Below the pieces are notes generated by a model that was given only the letters and a program-made list of their open reading frames with translations, was not told the origin of the DNA and did not search any database. From Utricularia gibba (Eukaryota; Plantae; Magnoliophyta), in assembly GCA_002189035.1 (NCBI GenBank), contig NEEC01000443.1:1-20710 (forward strand): a stretch of 20,710 nt of DNA, read 5' to 3'. Position numbers and translations under genes: made by a program. Positions 1-13,112 of the stretch are shown here, one piece after another. Positions within the stretch are counted from its first letter, which is position 1; the number at the start of each line of letters is the position of its first letter.

Positions 1-3000
1 GGTCAGAACGAAGTTCACAACGACATCACCAGCCCAAAAACGACAAGCTTTTCCTTGAGAAACCATGTAGGCAGCCAATTAAAACCAACGTTAAGAAATG
101 CATCAAGTTTTTTGCCGAGCACAAATGACTATGGGCCGAGCTCGACTCGACCTCCTTCTCGATACCGTTGCCCCACGAGAGCGCCTCCTCAGATATAAAG
201 CATGCGGTTGAGAAAACCATTTTGGGTGCTCATGACATCCTAACTTCAATAAGTGCAGCACGATTTTCGTCGAGTAGGACCCGATGTGGCAAAGGAACTT
301 GGGTCAGAACGAAGTTCACAACGACATCACCCGCCAAAAACGACAAGCTTTTCCTTGAGAAACCATGTAGGCAGCCAATTAAAACCCAACGTTAAGAAAT
401 GCATCAAGTTTTTTGCCGAGCTACAAATGACTATGGGCCCGAGCTCGACTCGACCTCCTTCTCGATACCGTTGCCCACGAGAGCCTCCTCAGATATAAAG
501 CATGCGGTTGAGAAAACCATTTTGGGTGCTTATGACATCCTAACTTCAATAAGTGCATCACGATTTTCGTCGAGTAGGACCCGATGTGGCAAAGGAGTCA
601 GACCGAACCTTGGTCAGAACGAAGTTCACAACGACATCACCCGCCCAAAAACGACAAGCTTTTCCTTGAGAAACCATGTAGGCAGCCAATTAAAACCCAA
701 CGTTAAGAAATGCATCAAGTTTTTTGCCGAGCACAAATGACTATGGGCCCGAGCTCGACTCGACCTCCTTCTCGATACCGTTGCCCCACGAGAGCGCCTC
801 CTCAGATATAAAGCATGCGGTTGAGAAAACCATTTTGGGTGCTCATGACATCCTAACTTCAATAAGTGCATCACGATTTTCGTCGAGTAGGACCCGATGT
901 GGCAAAGGAACCTTGGGTCAGAACGAAGTTCACAACGACATCACCCGCCCAAAAACGACAAGCTTTTCCTTGAGAAACCATGTAGGCAGCCAATTAAAAC
1001 CCAACGTTAAGAAATGCATCAAGTTTTTTGCCGAGCCACAAATGACTATGGGCCCGAGCTCGACTCGACCTCCTTCTCGATACCGTTGCCCCACGAGAGC
1101 GCCTCCTCAATATAAAGCATGCGGTTGAGAAAACCATTTTGGGTGCTTATGACATCCTAACTTCAATAAGTGCATCACGATTTTCGTCGAGTAGGACCCG
1201 ATGTGGCAAAGGAGTCAGACGAACCTTGGGTCAGAACGAAGTTCACAACGACATCACCCGCCCAAAAACGACAAGCTTTTCCTTGAGAAACCATGTAGGC
1301 AGCCAATTAAAACCCAACGTTAAGAAATGCATCAAGTTTTTTGCCGAGCACAAATGACTATGGCCCGAGCTCGACTCGACCTCCTTCTCGATACCGTTGC
1401 CCCACGAGAGCGCCTCCTCAGATATAAAGCATGCGGTTGAGAAAACCATTTTGGGTGCTTATGACATCCTAACTTCAATAAGTGCATCACGATTTCGTCG
1501 AGTAGGACCCGATGTGGCAAAGGAACCTTGGGTCAGAACGAAGTTCACAACGACATCACCCGCCAAAACGACAAGCTTTTCCTTGAGAAACCATGTAGGC
1601 AGCCAATTAAAACCCAACGTTAAGAAATGCATCAAGTTTTTTGCGAGCTACAAATGACTATGGGCCCGAGCTCGACTCGACCTCCTCTCGATACCGTTGC
1701 CCACGAGAGCCTCCTCAGATATAAAGCATGCGGTTGAGAAAACCATTTTGGGTGCTATGACATCCTAACTTCAATAAGTGCATCACGATTTCGTCGAGTA
1801 GGACCCGATGTGGCAAAGGAGTCAGACCGAACCTTGGGTCAGAACGAAGTTCACAACGACATCACCGCCCAAAAACGACAAGCTTTTCCTTGAGAACCAT
1901 GTAGGCAGCCAATTAAAACCCAACGTTAAGAAATGCATCAAGTTTTTTGCCGAGCACAAATGACTATGGGCCCGAGCTCGACTCGACCTCCTTCTCGATA
2001 CCGTTGCCCCACGAGAGCGCCTCCTCATAAAGCATGCGGTTGAGAAAACCATTTTGGGTGCTTATGACATCCTAACTTCAATAAGTGCATCACGATTTTC
2101 GTCGAGTAGGACCCGATGTGGCAAAGGAGTCAGACCGAACCTTGGGTCAGAACGAAGTTCACAACGACATCACCCGCCAAAAACGACAAGCTTTTCCTTG
2201 AGAAACCATGTAGGCAGCCAATTAAAACCCAACGTTAAGAAATGCATCAAGTTTTTTGCCGAGCTACAAATGACTATGGGCCCGAGCTCGACTCGACCTC
2301 CTTCTCGATACCGTTGCCCCACGAGAGCGCCTCCTCAGATATAAAGCATGCGGTTGAGAAAACCATTTTGGGTGCTTATGACATCCTAACTTCAATAAGT
2401 GCATCACGATTTCGTCGAGTAGGACCCGATGTGGCAAAGGAGTCAGACCGAACCTTGGGTCAGAACGAAGTTCACAACGACATCACCCGCCCAAAAACGA
2501 CAAGCTTTTCCTTGAGAAACCATGTAGGCAGCCAATTAAAACCCAACGTTAAGAAATGCATCAAGTTTTTTGCCGAGCTACAAATGACTATGGGCCCGAG
2601 CTCGACTCGACCTCCTCTCGATACCGTTGCCCACGAGAGCGCCTCAATATAAAGCATGCGGTTGAGAAAACCATTTTGGGTGCTATGACATCCTAACTTC
2701 AATAAGTGCATCACGATTTCGTCGAGTAGGACCCGATGTGGAAAGGAGTCAGACCGAACCTTGGGTCAGAACGAAGTTCACAACGACATCACCCGCCCAA
2801 AAACGACAAGCTTTTCCTTGAGAAACCATGTAGGCAGCCAATTAAAACCCAACGTTAAGAAATGCATCAAGTTTTTGCCGAGCTACAAATGACTATGGCC
2901 CGAGCTCGACTCGATACCGTTGCCCCACGAGAGCGCCTCCTCAGATATAAAGCATGCGGTTGAGAAAACCATTTTGGTGCTTATGACATCCTAACTTCAA

Positions 3001-6000
3001 TAAGTGCATCACGATTTTCGTCGAGTAGGACCCGATGTGGAGGAACCTTGGGTCAGAACGAAGTTCACAACGACATCACCGCCAAAAACGACAAGCTTTT
3101 CCTTGAGAAACCATGTAGGCAGCCAATTAAAACCCAACGTTAAGAAATGCATCAAGTTTTTTGCCGAGCCACAAATGACTATGGGCCCGAGCTCGACTCG
3201 ACCTCCTTCTCGATACCGTTGCCCCACGAGAGCGCCTCCTCAGATATAAAGCATGCGGTTGAGAAAACCATTTTGGGTGCTTATGACATCCTAACTTCAA
3301 TAAGTGCATCACGATTTTCGTCGAGTAGGACCCGATGTGGCAAAGGAGTCAGACCGAACCTTGGGTCAGAACGAAGTTCACAACGACATCACCGCCCAAA
3401 AACGACAAGCTTTTCCTTGAGAAACCATGTAGGCAGCCAATTAAAACCAACGTTAAGAAATGCATCAAGTTTTTTGCCGAGCACAAATGACTATGGCCCG
3501 AGCTCGACTCGACCTCCTGCTCGATACCGTTGCCCACGAGAGCGCCTATCAATATAAAGCATGCGGTTGAGAAAACCATTTTGGGTGCTCATGACATCCT
3601 AACTTCAATAAGTGCATCACGATTTTCGTCGAGTAGAATGTGGCGAACCTTGGGTCAGAACAAGTTCACAACGACATCACCCGCCCAAAAACGACAAGCT
3701 TTTCCTGAGAAACCATGTAGGCAGCCAATTAAAACCAACGTTAAGAAATGCATCAAGTTTTTTGCCGAGCCACAAATGACTATGGGCCCGAGCTCGACTC
3801 GACCTCCTCTCGATACCGTTGCCCCACGAGAGCGCCTTATCAAATATAAAGCATGCGGTTGAGAAAACCATTTTGGGTGCTCATGACATCCTAACTTCAA
3901 TAAGTGCAGCACGATTTCGTCGAGTAGGACCCGATGTGCAAAGGAGTCACCGAACCTTGGGTCAGAACGAAGTTCACAACGACATCACCGCCCAAAAACG
4001 ACAAGCTTTTCCTTGAGAAACCATGTAGGCAGCCAATTAAAACCCAACGTTAAGAAATGCATCAAGTTTTTTGCCGAGCTACAAATGACTATGGGCCCGA
4101 GCTCGACTCGACCTCCTTCTCGATACCGTTGCCCCACGAGAGCGCCTCCTCAGATATAAAGCATGCGGTTGAAAACCATTTTGGGTGCTTATGACATCCT
4201 AACTTCAATAAGTGCATCACGATTTTCGTCGAGTAGGACCCGATGTGGCAAAGGAGTCAGACCGAACCTTGGGTCAGAACGAAGTTCACAACGACATCAC
4301 CCGCCCAAAAACGACAAGCTTTTCCTTGAGAAACCATGTAGGCAGCCAATTAAAACCCAACGTTAAGAAATGCATCAAGTTTTTTGCCGAGCTACAAATG
4401 ACTATGGGCCCGAGCTCGACTCGACCTCCTTCTCGATACCGTTGCCCACGAGAGCGCCTCCTCAGATATAAAGCATGCGGTTGAGAAAACCATTTTGGGT
4501 GCTATGACATCCTAACTTCAATAAGTGCATCACGATTTTCGTCGAGTAGGACCCGATGTGGCAACCTTGGGTCAGAACGAAGTTCACAACGACATCACCC
4601 GCCCAAAAACGACAAGCTTTTCCTTGAGAAACCATGTAGGCAGCCAATTAAAACCCAACGTTAAGAAATGCATCAAGTTTTTTGCCGAGCACAAATGACT
4701 ATGGGCCCGAGCTCGACTCGACCTCCTTCTCGATACCGTTGCCCCACGAGAGCGCCTCCTCAGATATAAGCATTGAGAAAACCATTTTGGGTGCTCATGA
4801 CATCCTAACTTCAATAAGTGCATCACGATTTTCGTCGAGTAGGACCCGATGTGGCAACCTTGGGTCAGAACGAAGTTCACAACGACATCACCCGCCCAAA
4901 AACGACAAGCTTTTCCTTGAGAAACCATGTAGGCAGCCAATTAAAACCCAACGTTAAGAAATGCATCAAGTTTTTTGCCGAGCTACAAATGACTATGGGC
5001 CGAGCTCGACTCGACCTCCTTCTCGATACCGTTGCCCCACGAGAGCGCCTCCTCAGATATAAAGCATGCGGTTGAGAAAACCATTTTGGGTGCTTATGAC
5101 ATCCTAACTTCAATAAGTGCATCACGATTTTCGTCGAGTAGGACCCGATGTGGCAAAGGAGTCAGACCGAACCTTGGTCAGAACGAAGTTCACAACGACA
5201 TCACCCGCCCAAAAACGACAAGCTTTTCCTTGAGAAACCATGTAGGCAGCCAATTAAAACCCAACGTTAAGAAATGCATCAAGTTTTTTGCCGAGCACAA
5301 ATGACTATGGGCCCGAGCTCGACTCGACCTCCTTCTCGATACCGTTGCCCCACGAGAGCGCCTCCTCAATATAAAGCATGCGGTTGAGAAAACCATTTTG
5401 GGTGCTCATGACATCCTAACTTCAATAAGTGCATCACGATTTTCGTCGAGTAGGACCCGATGTGGCCCTTGGTCAGAACGAAGTTCACAACGACATCACG
5501 CCCAAAAACGACAAGCTTTTCCTTGAGAAACCATGTAGGCAGCCAATTAAAACCCAACGTTAAGAAATGCATCAAGTTTTTTGCCGAGCCACAAATGACT
5601 ATGGGCCCGAGCTCGACTCGACCACCTCTCGATACCGTTGCCCCACGAGAGCGCCTTATCAAATATAAAGCATGCGGTTGAGAAAACCATTTGGGTGCTC
5701 ATGACATCCTAACTTCAATAAGTGCAGCACGATTTTCGTCGAGTAGGACCCGATGTGGCAAAGGAGTCAAACCTTGGGTCAGAACGAAGTTCACAACGAC
5801 ATCACCGCCCAAAAACGACAAGCTTTTCCTTGAGAAACCATGTAGGCAGCCAATTAAAACCCAACGTTAAGAAATGCATCAATTTTTGCCGAGCACAAAT
5901 GACTATGGGCCCGAGCTCGACTCGACCTCCTTCTCGATACCGTTGCCCCACGAGAGCGCCTCCTCAGATATAAAGCATGCGGTTGAGAAAACCATTTTGG

Positions 6001-9000
6001 GTGCTTATGACATCCTAACTTCAATAAGTGCATCACGATTTTCGTCGAGTAGGACCCGATGTGGCAAAGGAGTCAGACCGAACCTTGGGTCAGAACGAAG
6101 TTCACAACGACATCACCGCCCAAAAACGACAAGCTTTTCCTTGAGAAACCATGTAGGCAGCCAATTAAAACCCAACGTTAAGAAATGCATCAAGTTTTTT
6201 GCCGAGCTACAAATGACTATGGGCCCGAGCTCGACTCGACCTCCTTCTCGATACCGTTGCCCCACGAGAGCGCCTCCTCAATATAAAGCATGCGGTTGAG
6301 AAAACCATTTTGGGTGCTCATGACATCCTAACTTCAATAAGTGCATCACGATTTTCGTCGAGTAGGACCCGATGTGGCAAAGGAGTCAGACCGAACCTTG
6401 GGTCAGAACGAAGTTCACAACGACATCACCCGCCCAAAAACGACAAGCTTTTCCTTGAGAAACCATGTAGGCAGCCAATTAAAACCCAACGTTAAGAAAT
6501 GCATCAAGTTTTTTGCCGAGCCACAAATGACTATGGGCCGAGCTCGACTCGACCCCTTCTCGATACCGTTGCCCCACGAGAGCGCCTCCTCAATATAAAG
6601 CATGCGGTTGAGAAAACCATTTTGGGTGCTCATGACATCTAACTTCAATAAGTGCATCACGATTTTCGTCGAGTAGGACCCGATGTGGCAAAGAACCTTG
6701 GGTCAGAACGAAGTTCACAACGACATCACCCGCCAAAAACGACAAGCTTTTCCTTGAGAAACCATGTAGGCAGCCAATTAAAACCCAACGTTAAGAAATG
6801 CATCAAGTTTTTTGCCGAGCTACAAATGACTATGGGCCCGAGCTCGACTCGACCTCCTTCTCGATACCGTTGCCCCACGAGAGCGCCTCCTCAGATATAA
6901 AGCATGCGGTTGAGAAAACCATTTTGGGTGCTTATGACATCCTAACTTCAATAAGTGCATCACGATTTTCGTCGAGTAGGACCCGATGTGGCAAAGGAGT
7001 CAGACCGAACCTTGGTCAGAACGAAGTTCACAACGACATCACCGCCCAAAAACGACAAGCTTTTCCTTGAGAAACCATGTAGGCAGCCAATTAAAACCCA
7101 ACGTTAAGAAATGCATCAAGTTTTTTGCCGAGCCACAAATGACTATGGGCCCGAGCTCGACTCGACCTCCTTCTCGATACCGTTGCCCCACGAGAGCGCC
7201 TCCTCAGATATAAAGCATGCGGTTGAGAAAACCATTTTGGGTGCTCATGACATCCTAACTTCAATAAGTGCATCACGATTTCGTCGAGTAGGACCCGATG
7301 TGGCAAAGAACCTTGGGTCAGAACGAAGTTCACAACGACATCACCCGCCCAAAAACGACAAGCTTTTCCTTGAGAAACCATGTAGGCAGCCAATTAAAAC
7401 CCAACGTTAAGAAATGCATCAAGTTTTTTGCCGAGCACAAATGACTATGGGCCCGAGCTCGACTCGACCTCCTTCTCGATACCGTTGCCCCACGAGAGCG
7501 CCTCCTCAGATATAAAGCATGCGGTTGAAAAACCATTTTGGGTGCTCATGACATCCTAACTTCAATAAGTGCATCACGATTTTCGTCGAGTAGGACCCGA
7601 TGTGGCAAAGGAGTCAGACCGAACCTTGGGTCAGAACGAAGTTCACAACGACATCACCGCCCAAAAACGACAAGCTTTTCCTTGAGAAACCATGTAGGCA
7701 GCCAATTAAAACCCAACGTTAAGAAATGCATCAAGTTTTTTGCCGAGCTACAAATGACTATGGGCCCGAGCTCGACTCGACCTCCTTCTCGATACCGTTG
7801 CCCCACGAGAGCGCCTCCTCAGATATAAAGCATGCGGTTGAGAAAACCATTTTGGGTGCTATGACATCCTAACTTCAATAAGTGCATCACGATTTTCGTC
7901 GAGTAGGACCCGATGTGAACCTTGGGTCAGAACGAAGTTCACAACGACATCACCCGCCCAAAAACGACAAGCTTTTCCTTGAGAAACCATGTAGGCAGCC
8001 AATTAAAACCCAACGTTAAGAAATGCATCAAGTTTTTTGCCGAGCCACAAATGACTATGGGCCCGAGCTCGACTCGACCTCCTTCTCGATACCGTTGCCC
8101 CACGAGAGCGCCTCCTCAGATATAAAGCATGCGGTTGAAAACCATTTTGGGTGCTTATGACATCCTAACTTCAATAAGTGCATCACGATTTTCGTCGAGT
8201 AGGACCCGATGTGGCAAAGGAGTCAGACCGAACCTTGGGTCAGAACGAAGTTCACAACGACATCACCCGCCCAAAAACGACAAGCTTTTCCTTGAGAAAC
8301 CATGTAGGCAGCCAATAAAACCCAACGTTAAGAAATGCATCAAGTTTTTTGCCGAGCTACAAATGACTATGGGCCCGAGCTCGACTCGACCTCCTCGATA
8401 CCGTTGCCCCACGAGAGCGCCTCCTCAGATATAAAGCATGCGGTTGAGAAAACCATTTTGGGTGCTTATGACATCCTAACTTCAATAAGTGCATCACGAT
8501 TTTCGTCGAGTAGGACCCGTGGCGAACCTTGGGTCAGAACGAAGTTCACAACGACATCACCGCCCAAAAACGACAAGCTTTTCCTTGAAAATGTAGGCAG
8601 CCAATTAAAACCCAACGTTAAAATGCATCAAGTTTTTTGCCGAGCACAAATGACTATGGGCCCGAGCTCGACTCGACCTCCTCTCGATACCGTTGCCCCA
8701 CGAGAGCGCCTCAAATATAAAGCATGCGGTTGAGAAAACCATTTTGGGTGCTATGACATCCTAACTTCAATAAGTGCATCACGATTTCGTCGAGTAGGAC
8801 CCGATGTGGCAAAGGAGTCAGACCGAACCTTGGGTCAGAACGAAGTTCACAACGACATCACCGCCCAAAAACGACAAGCTTTTCCTTGAGAAACCATGTA
8901 GGCAGCCAATTAAAACCCAACGTTAAGAAATGCATCAAGTTTTTTGCCGAGCACAAATGACTATGGGCCCGAGCTCGACTCGACCTCCTCTCGATACCGT

Positions 9001-10663
9001 TGCCCCACGAGAGCGCCTCCTCAGATATAAAGCATGCGGTTGAAAAACCATTTTGGGTGCTCATGACATCCTAACTTCAATAAGTGCATCACGATTTTCG
9101 TCGAGTAGGACCCGATGTGGCAAAGAAACCTTGGGTCAGAACGAAGTTCACAACGACATCACCGCCCAAAAACGACAAGCTTTTCCTTGAGAAACCATGT
9201 AGGCAGCCAATTAAAAACCAACGTTAAGAAATGCATCAAGTTTTTTGCCGAGCACAAATGACTATGGGCCCGAGCTCGACTCGACCTCCTTCTCGATACC
9301 GTTGCCCCACGAGAGCGCCTCCTCAGATATAAAGCATGCGGTTGAGAAAACCATTTTGGGTGCTTATGACATCCTAACTTCAATAAGTGCATCACGATTT
9401 CGTCGAGTAGGACCCGATGTGGCACCTTGGGTCAGAACGAAGTTCACAACGACATCACCCGCCAAAAACGACAAGCTTTTCCTTGAGAAACCATGTAGGC
9501 AGCCAATTAAAACCCAACGTTAAGAAATGCATCAAGTTTTTTGCCGAGCCACAAATGACTATGGGCCCGAGCTCGACTCGACCTCCTCTCGATACCGTTG
9601 CCCCACGAGAGCGCCTCCTCAATATAAAGCATGCGGTTGAGAAAACCATTTTGGGTGCTATGACATCCTAACTTCAATAAGTGCATCACGATTTTCGTCG
9701 AGTAGGACCCGATGTGGCAAAGGAGTCAGACCGAACCTTGGGTCAGAACGAAGTTCACAACGACATCACCCGCCCAAAAACGACAAGCTTTTCCTTGAGA
9801 AACCATGTAGGCAGCCAATTAAAACCCAACGTTAAGAAATGCATCAAGTTTTTTGCCGAGCACAAATGACTATGGGCCCGAGCTCGACTCGACCTCCTTC
9901 TCGATACCGTTGCCCCACGAGAGCGCCTCCTCAGATATAAAGCATGCGGTTGAGAAAACCATTTTGGGTGCTTATGACATCCTAACTTCAATAAGTGCAT
10001 CACGATTTTCGTCGAGTAGGACCCGATGTGGCACCTTGGGTCAGAACGAAGTTCACAACGACATCACCCGCCCAAAAACGACAAGCTTTTCCTTGAGAAA
10101 CCATGTAGGCAGCCAATTAAAACCCAACGTTAAGAAATGCATCAAGTTTTTTTGCCGAGCCACAAATGACTATGGGCCCGAGCTCGACTCGACCTCCTCT
10201 CGATACCGTTGCCCCACGAGAGCGCCTCCTCAGATATAAAGCATGCGGTTGAGAAAACCATTTTGGGTTCATGACATCCTAACTTCAATAAGTGCAGCAC
10301 GATTTTCGTCGAGTAGGACCCGATGTGGCAAAGGAGTCAGACCGAACCTTGGGTCAGAACGAAGTTCACAACGACATCACCGCCCAAAAACGACAAGCTT
10401 TTCCTTGAGAAACCATGTAGGCAGCCAATTAAAACCCAACGTTAAGAAATGCATCAAGTTTTTGCCGAGCTACAAATGACTATGGGCCCGAGCTCGACTC
10501 GACCTCCTTCTCGATACCGTTGCCCCACGAGAGCGCCTCCTCAGATATAAAGCATGCGGTTGAGAAAACCATTTTGGGTGCTATGACATCCTAACTTCAA
10601 TAAGTGCATCACGATTTTCGTCGAGTAGGACCCGATGTGGCAAAGGAGTCAGACCGAACCTTG

Positions 10664-10963
10664 GGTCAGAACGAAGTTCACAACGACATCACCCGCCCAA
10701 AAACGACAAGCTTTTCCTTGAGAAACCATGTAGGCAGCCAATTAAAAACCCAACGTTAAGAAATGCATCAAGTTTTTTGCCGAGCACAAATGACTATGGG
10801 CCCGAGCTCGACTCGACCTCCTTCTCGATACCGTTGCCCCACGAGAGCGCCTCCTCAGATATAAAGCATGCGGTTGAGAAAACCATTTTGGGTGCTCATG
10901 ACATCCTAACTTCAATAAGTGCATCACGATTTTCGTCGAGTAGGACCCGATGTGGCAACCTTG
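10664..10963 (+). repeat. Short (~300 bp) monomer variant lacking AAGGAGTCAGACCGA
   Basis: Junction reads GATGTGGCAACCTTGGG instead of GATGTGGCAAAGGAGTCAGACCGAACCTTGGG. The same 15-bp deletion occurs near 4560, 4855 and 12790. Confidence 0.75.
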
Positions 10964-13112
10964 GGTCAGAACGAAGTTCACAACGACATCACCCGCCCAA
11001 AAACGACAAGCTTTTCCTTGAGAAACCATGTAGGCAGCCAATTAAAACCAACGTTAAGAAATGCATCAAGTTTTTTGCCGAGCTACAAATGACTATGGGC
11101 CCGAGCTCGACTCGACCTCCTTCTCGATACCGTTGCCCCACGAGAGCCTCCTCAGATATAAAGCATGCGGTTGAGAAAACCATTTTGGGTGCTCATGACA
11201 TCCTAACTTCAATAAGTGCATCACGATTTTCGTCGAGTAGGACCCGATGTGGCAAAGGAGTCAGACCGAACCTTGGGTCAGAACGAAGTTCACAACGACA
11301 TCACCCGCCCAAAAACGACAAGCTTTTCCTTGAAAACCATGTAGGCAGCCAATTAAAACCCAACGTTAAGAAATGCATCAAGTTTTTTGCCGAGCTACAA
11401 ATGACTATGGGCCCGAGCTCGACTCGACCTCCTTCTCGATACCGTTGCCCCACGAGAGCGCCTCCTCAGATATAAAGCATGCGGTTGAGAAAACCATTTT
11501 GGGTGCTCATGACATCCTAACTTCAATAAGTGCCACGATTTTCGTCGAGTAGGACCCGATGTGGCAAAGGAAACCTTGGGTCAGAACGAAGTTCACAACG
11601 ACATCACCCGCCCAAAAACGACAAGCTTTTCCTTGAGAAACCATGTAGGCAGCCAATTAAAACCCAACGTTAAGAAATGCATCAAGTTTTTTGCCGAGCC
11701 ACAAATGACTATGGGCCCGAGCTCGACTCGACCTCCTTCTCGATACCGTTGCCCCACGAGAGCGCCTCCTCAATATAAAGCATGCGGTTGAGAAAACCAT
11801 TTTGGGTGCTTATGACATCCTAACTTCAATAAGTGCATCACGATTTTCGTCGAGTAGGACCCGATGTGGCAAAGGAGTCAGACCGAACCTTGGGTCAGAA
11901 CGAAGTTCACAACGACATCACCCGCCCAAAAACGACAAGCTTTTCCTTGAGAAACCATGTAGGCAGCCAATTAAAACCCAACGTTAAGAAATGCATCAAG
12001 TTTTTTGCCGAGCTACAAATGACTATGGGCCCGAGCTCGACTCGACCTCCTTCTCGATACCGTTGCCCCACGAGAGCGCCTCCTCAGATATAAAGCATGC
12101 GGTTGAGAAAACCATTTTGGGTGCTTATGACATCCTAACTTCAATAAGTGCATCACGATTTTCGTCGAGTAGGACCCGATGTAACCTTGGGTCAGAACGA
12201 AGTTCACAACGACATCACCCGCCCAAAAACGACAAGCTTTTCCTTGAGAAACCATGTAGGCAGCCAATTAAAACCCAACGTTAAGAAATGCATCAAGTTT
12301 TTTGCCGAGCACAAATGACTATGGGCCCGAGCTCGACTCGACCTCCTCTCGATACCGTTGCCCCACGAGAGCGCCTTATCAAATATAAAGCATGCGGTTG
12401 AGAAAACCATTTTGGGTGCTCATGACATCCTAACTTCAATAAGTGCATCACGATTTTCGTCGAGTAGGACCCGATGTGGCAAAGGAGTCAGACCGAACCT
12501 TGGGTCAGAACGAAGTTCACAACGACATCACCGCCCAAAAACGACAAGCTTTTCCTTGAGAAACCATGTAGGCAGCCAATTAAAACCCAACGTTAAGAAA
12601 TGCATCAAGTTTTTTGCCGAGCTACAAATGACTATGGGCCCGAGCTCGACTCGACCTCCTTCTCGATACCGTTGCCCCACGAGAGCGCCTCCTCAGATAT
12701 AAAGCATGCGGTTGAGAAAACCATTTTGGGTGCTTATGATCCTAACTTCAATAAGTGCATCACGATTTTCGTCGAGTAGGACCCGATGTGGCAACCTTGG
12801 GTCAGAACGAAGTTCACAACGACATCACCCGCCCAAAAACGACAAGCTTTTCCTTGAGAAACCATGTAGGCAGCCAATTAAAACCCAACGTTAAGAAATG
12901 CATCAAGTTTTTTGCCGAGCACAAATGACTATGGGCCCGAGCTCGACTCGACCTCCTTCTCGATACCGTTGCCCCACGAGAGCGCCTCCTCAGATATAAA
13001 GCATGCGGTTGAGAAAACCATTTTGGGTGCTATGACATCCTAACTTCAATAAGTGCATCACGATTTTCGTCGAGTAGGACCCGATGTGGCAAAGGAGTCA
13101 GACCGAACCTTG

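Noticed and set aside
10777-11475. Longest ORF (232 aa) and all other ORFs in the six-frame track as protein-coding genes
   Set aside because: They are translations of the repeat unit. The longer ones arise where 1-bp indels shift between frames and bypass stops. There is no recognisable domain and no sign of codon-level constraint.
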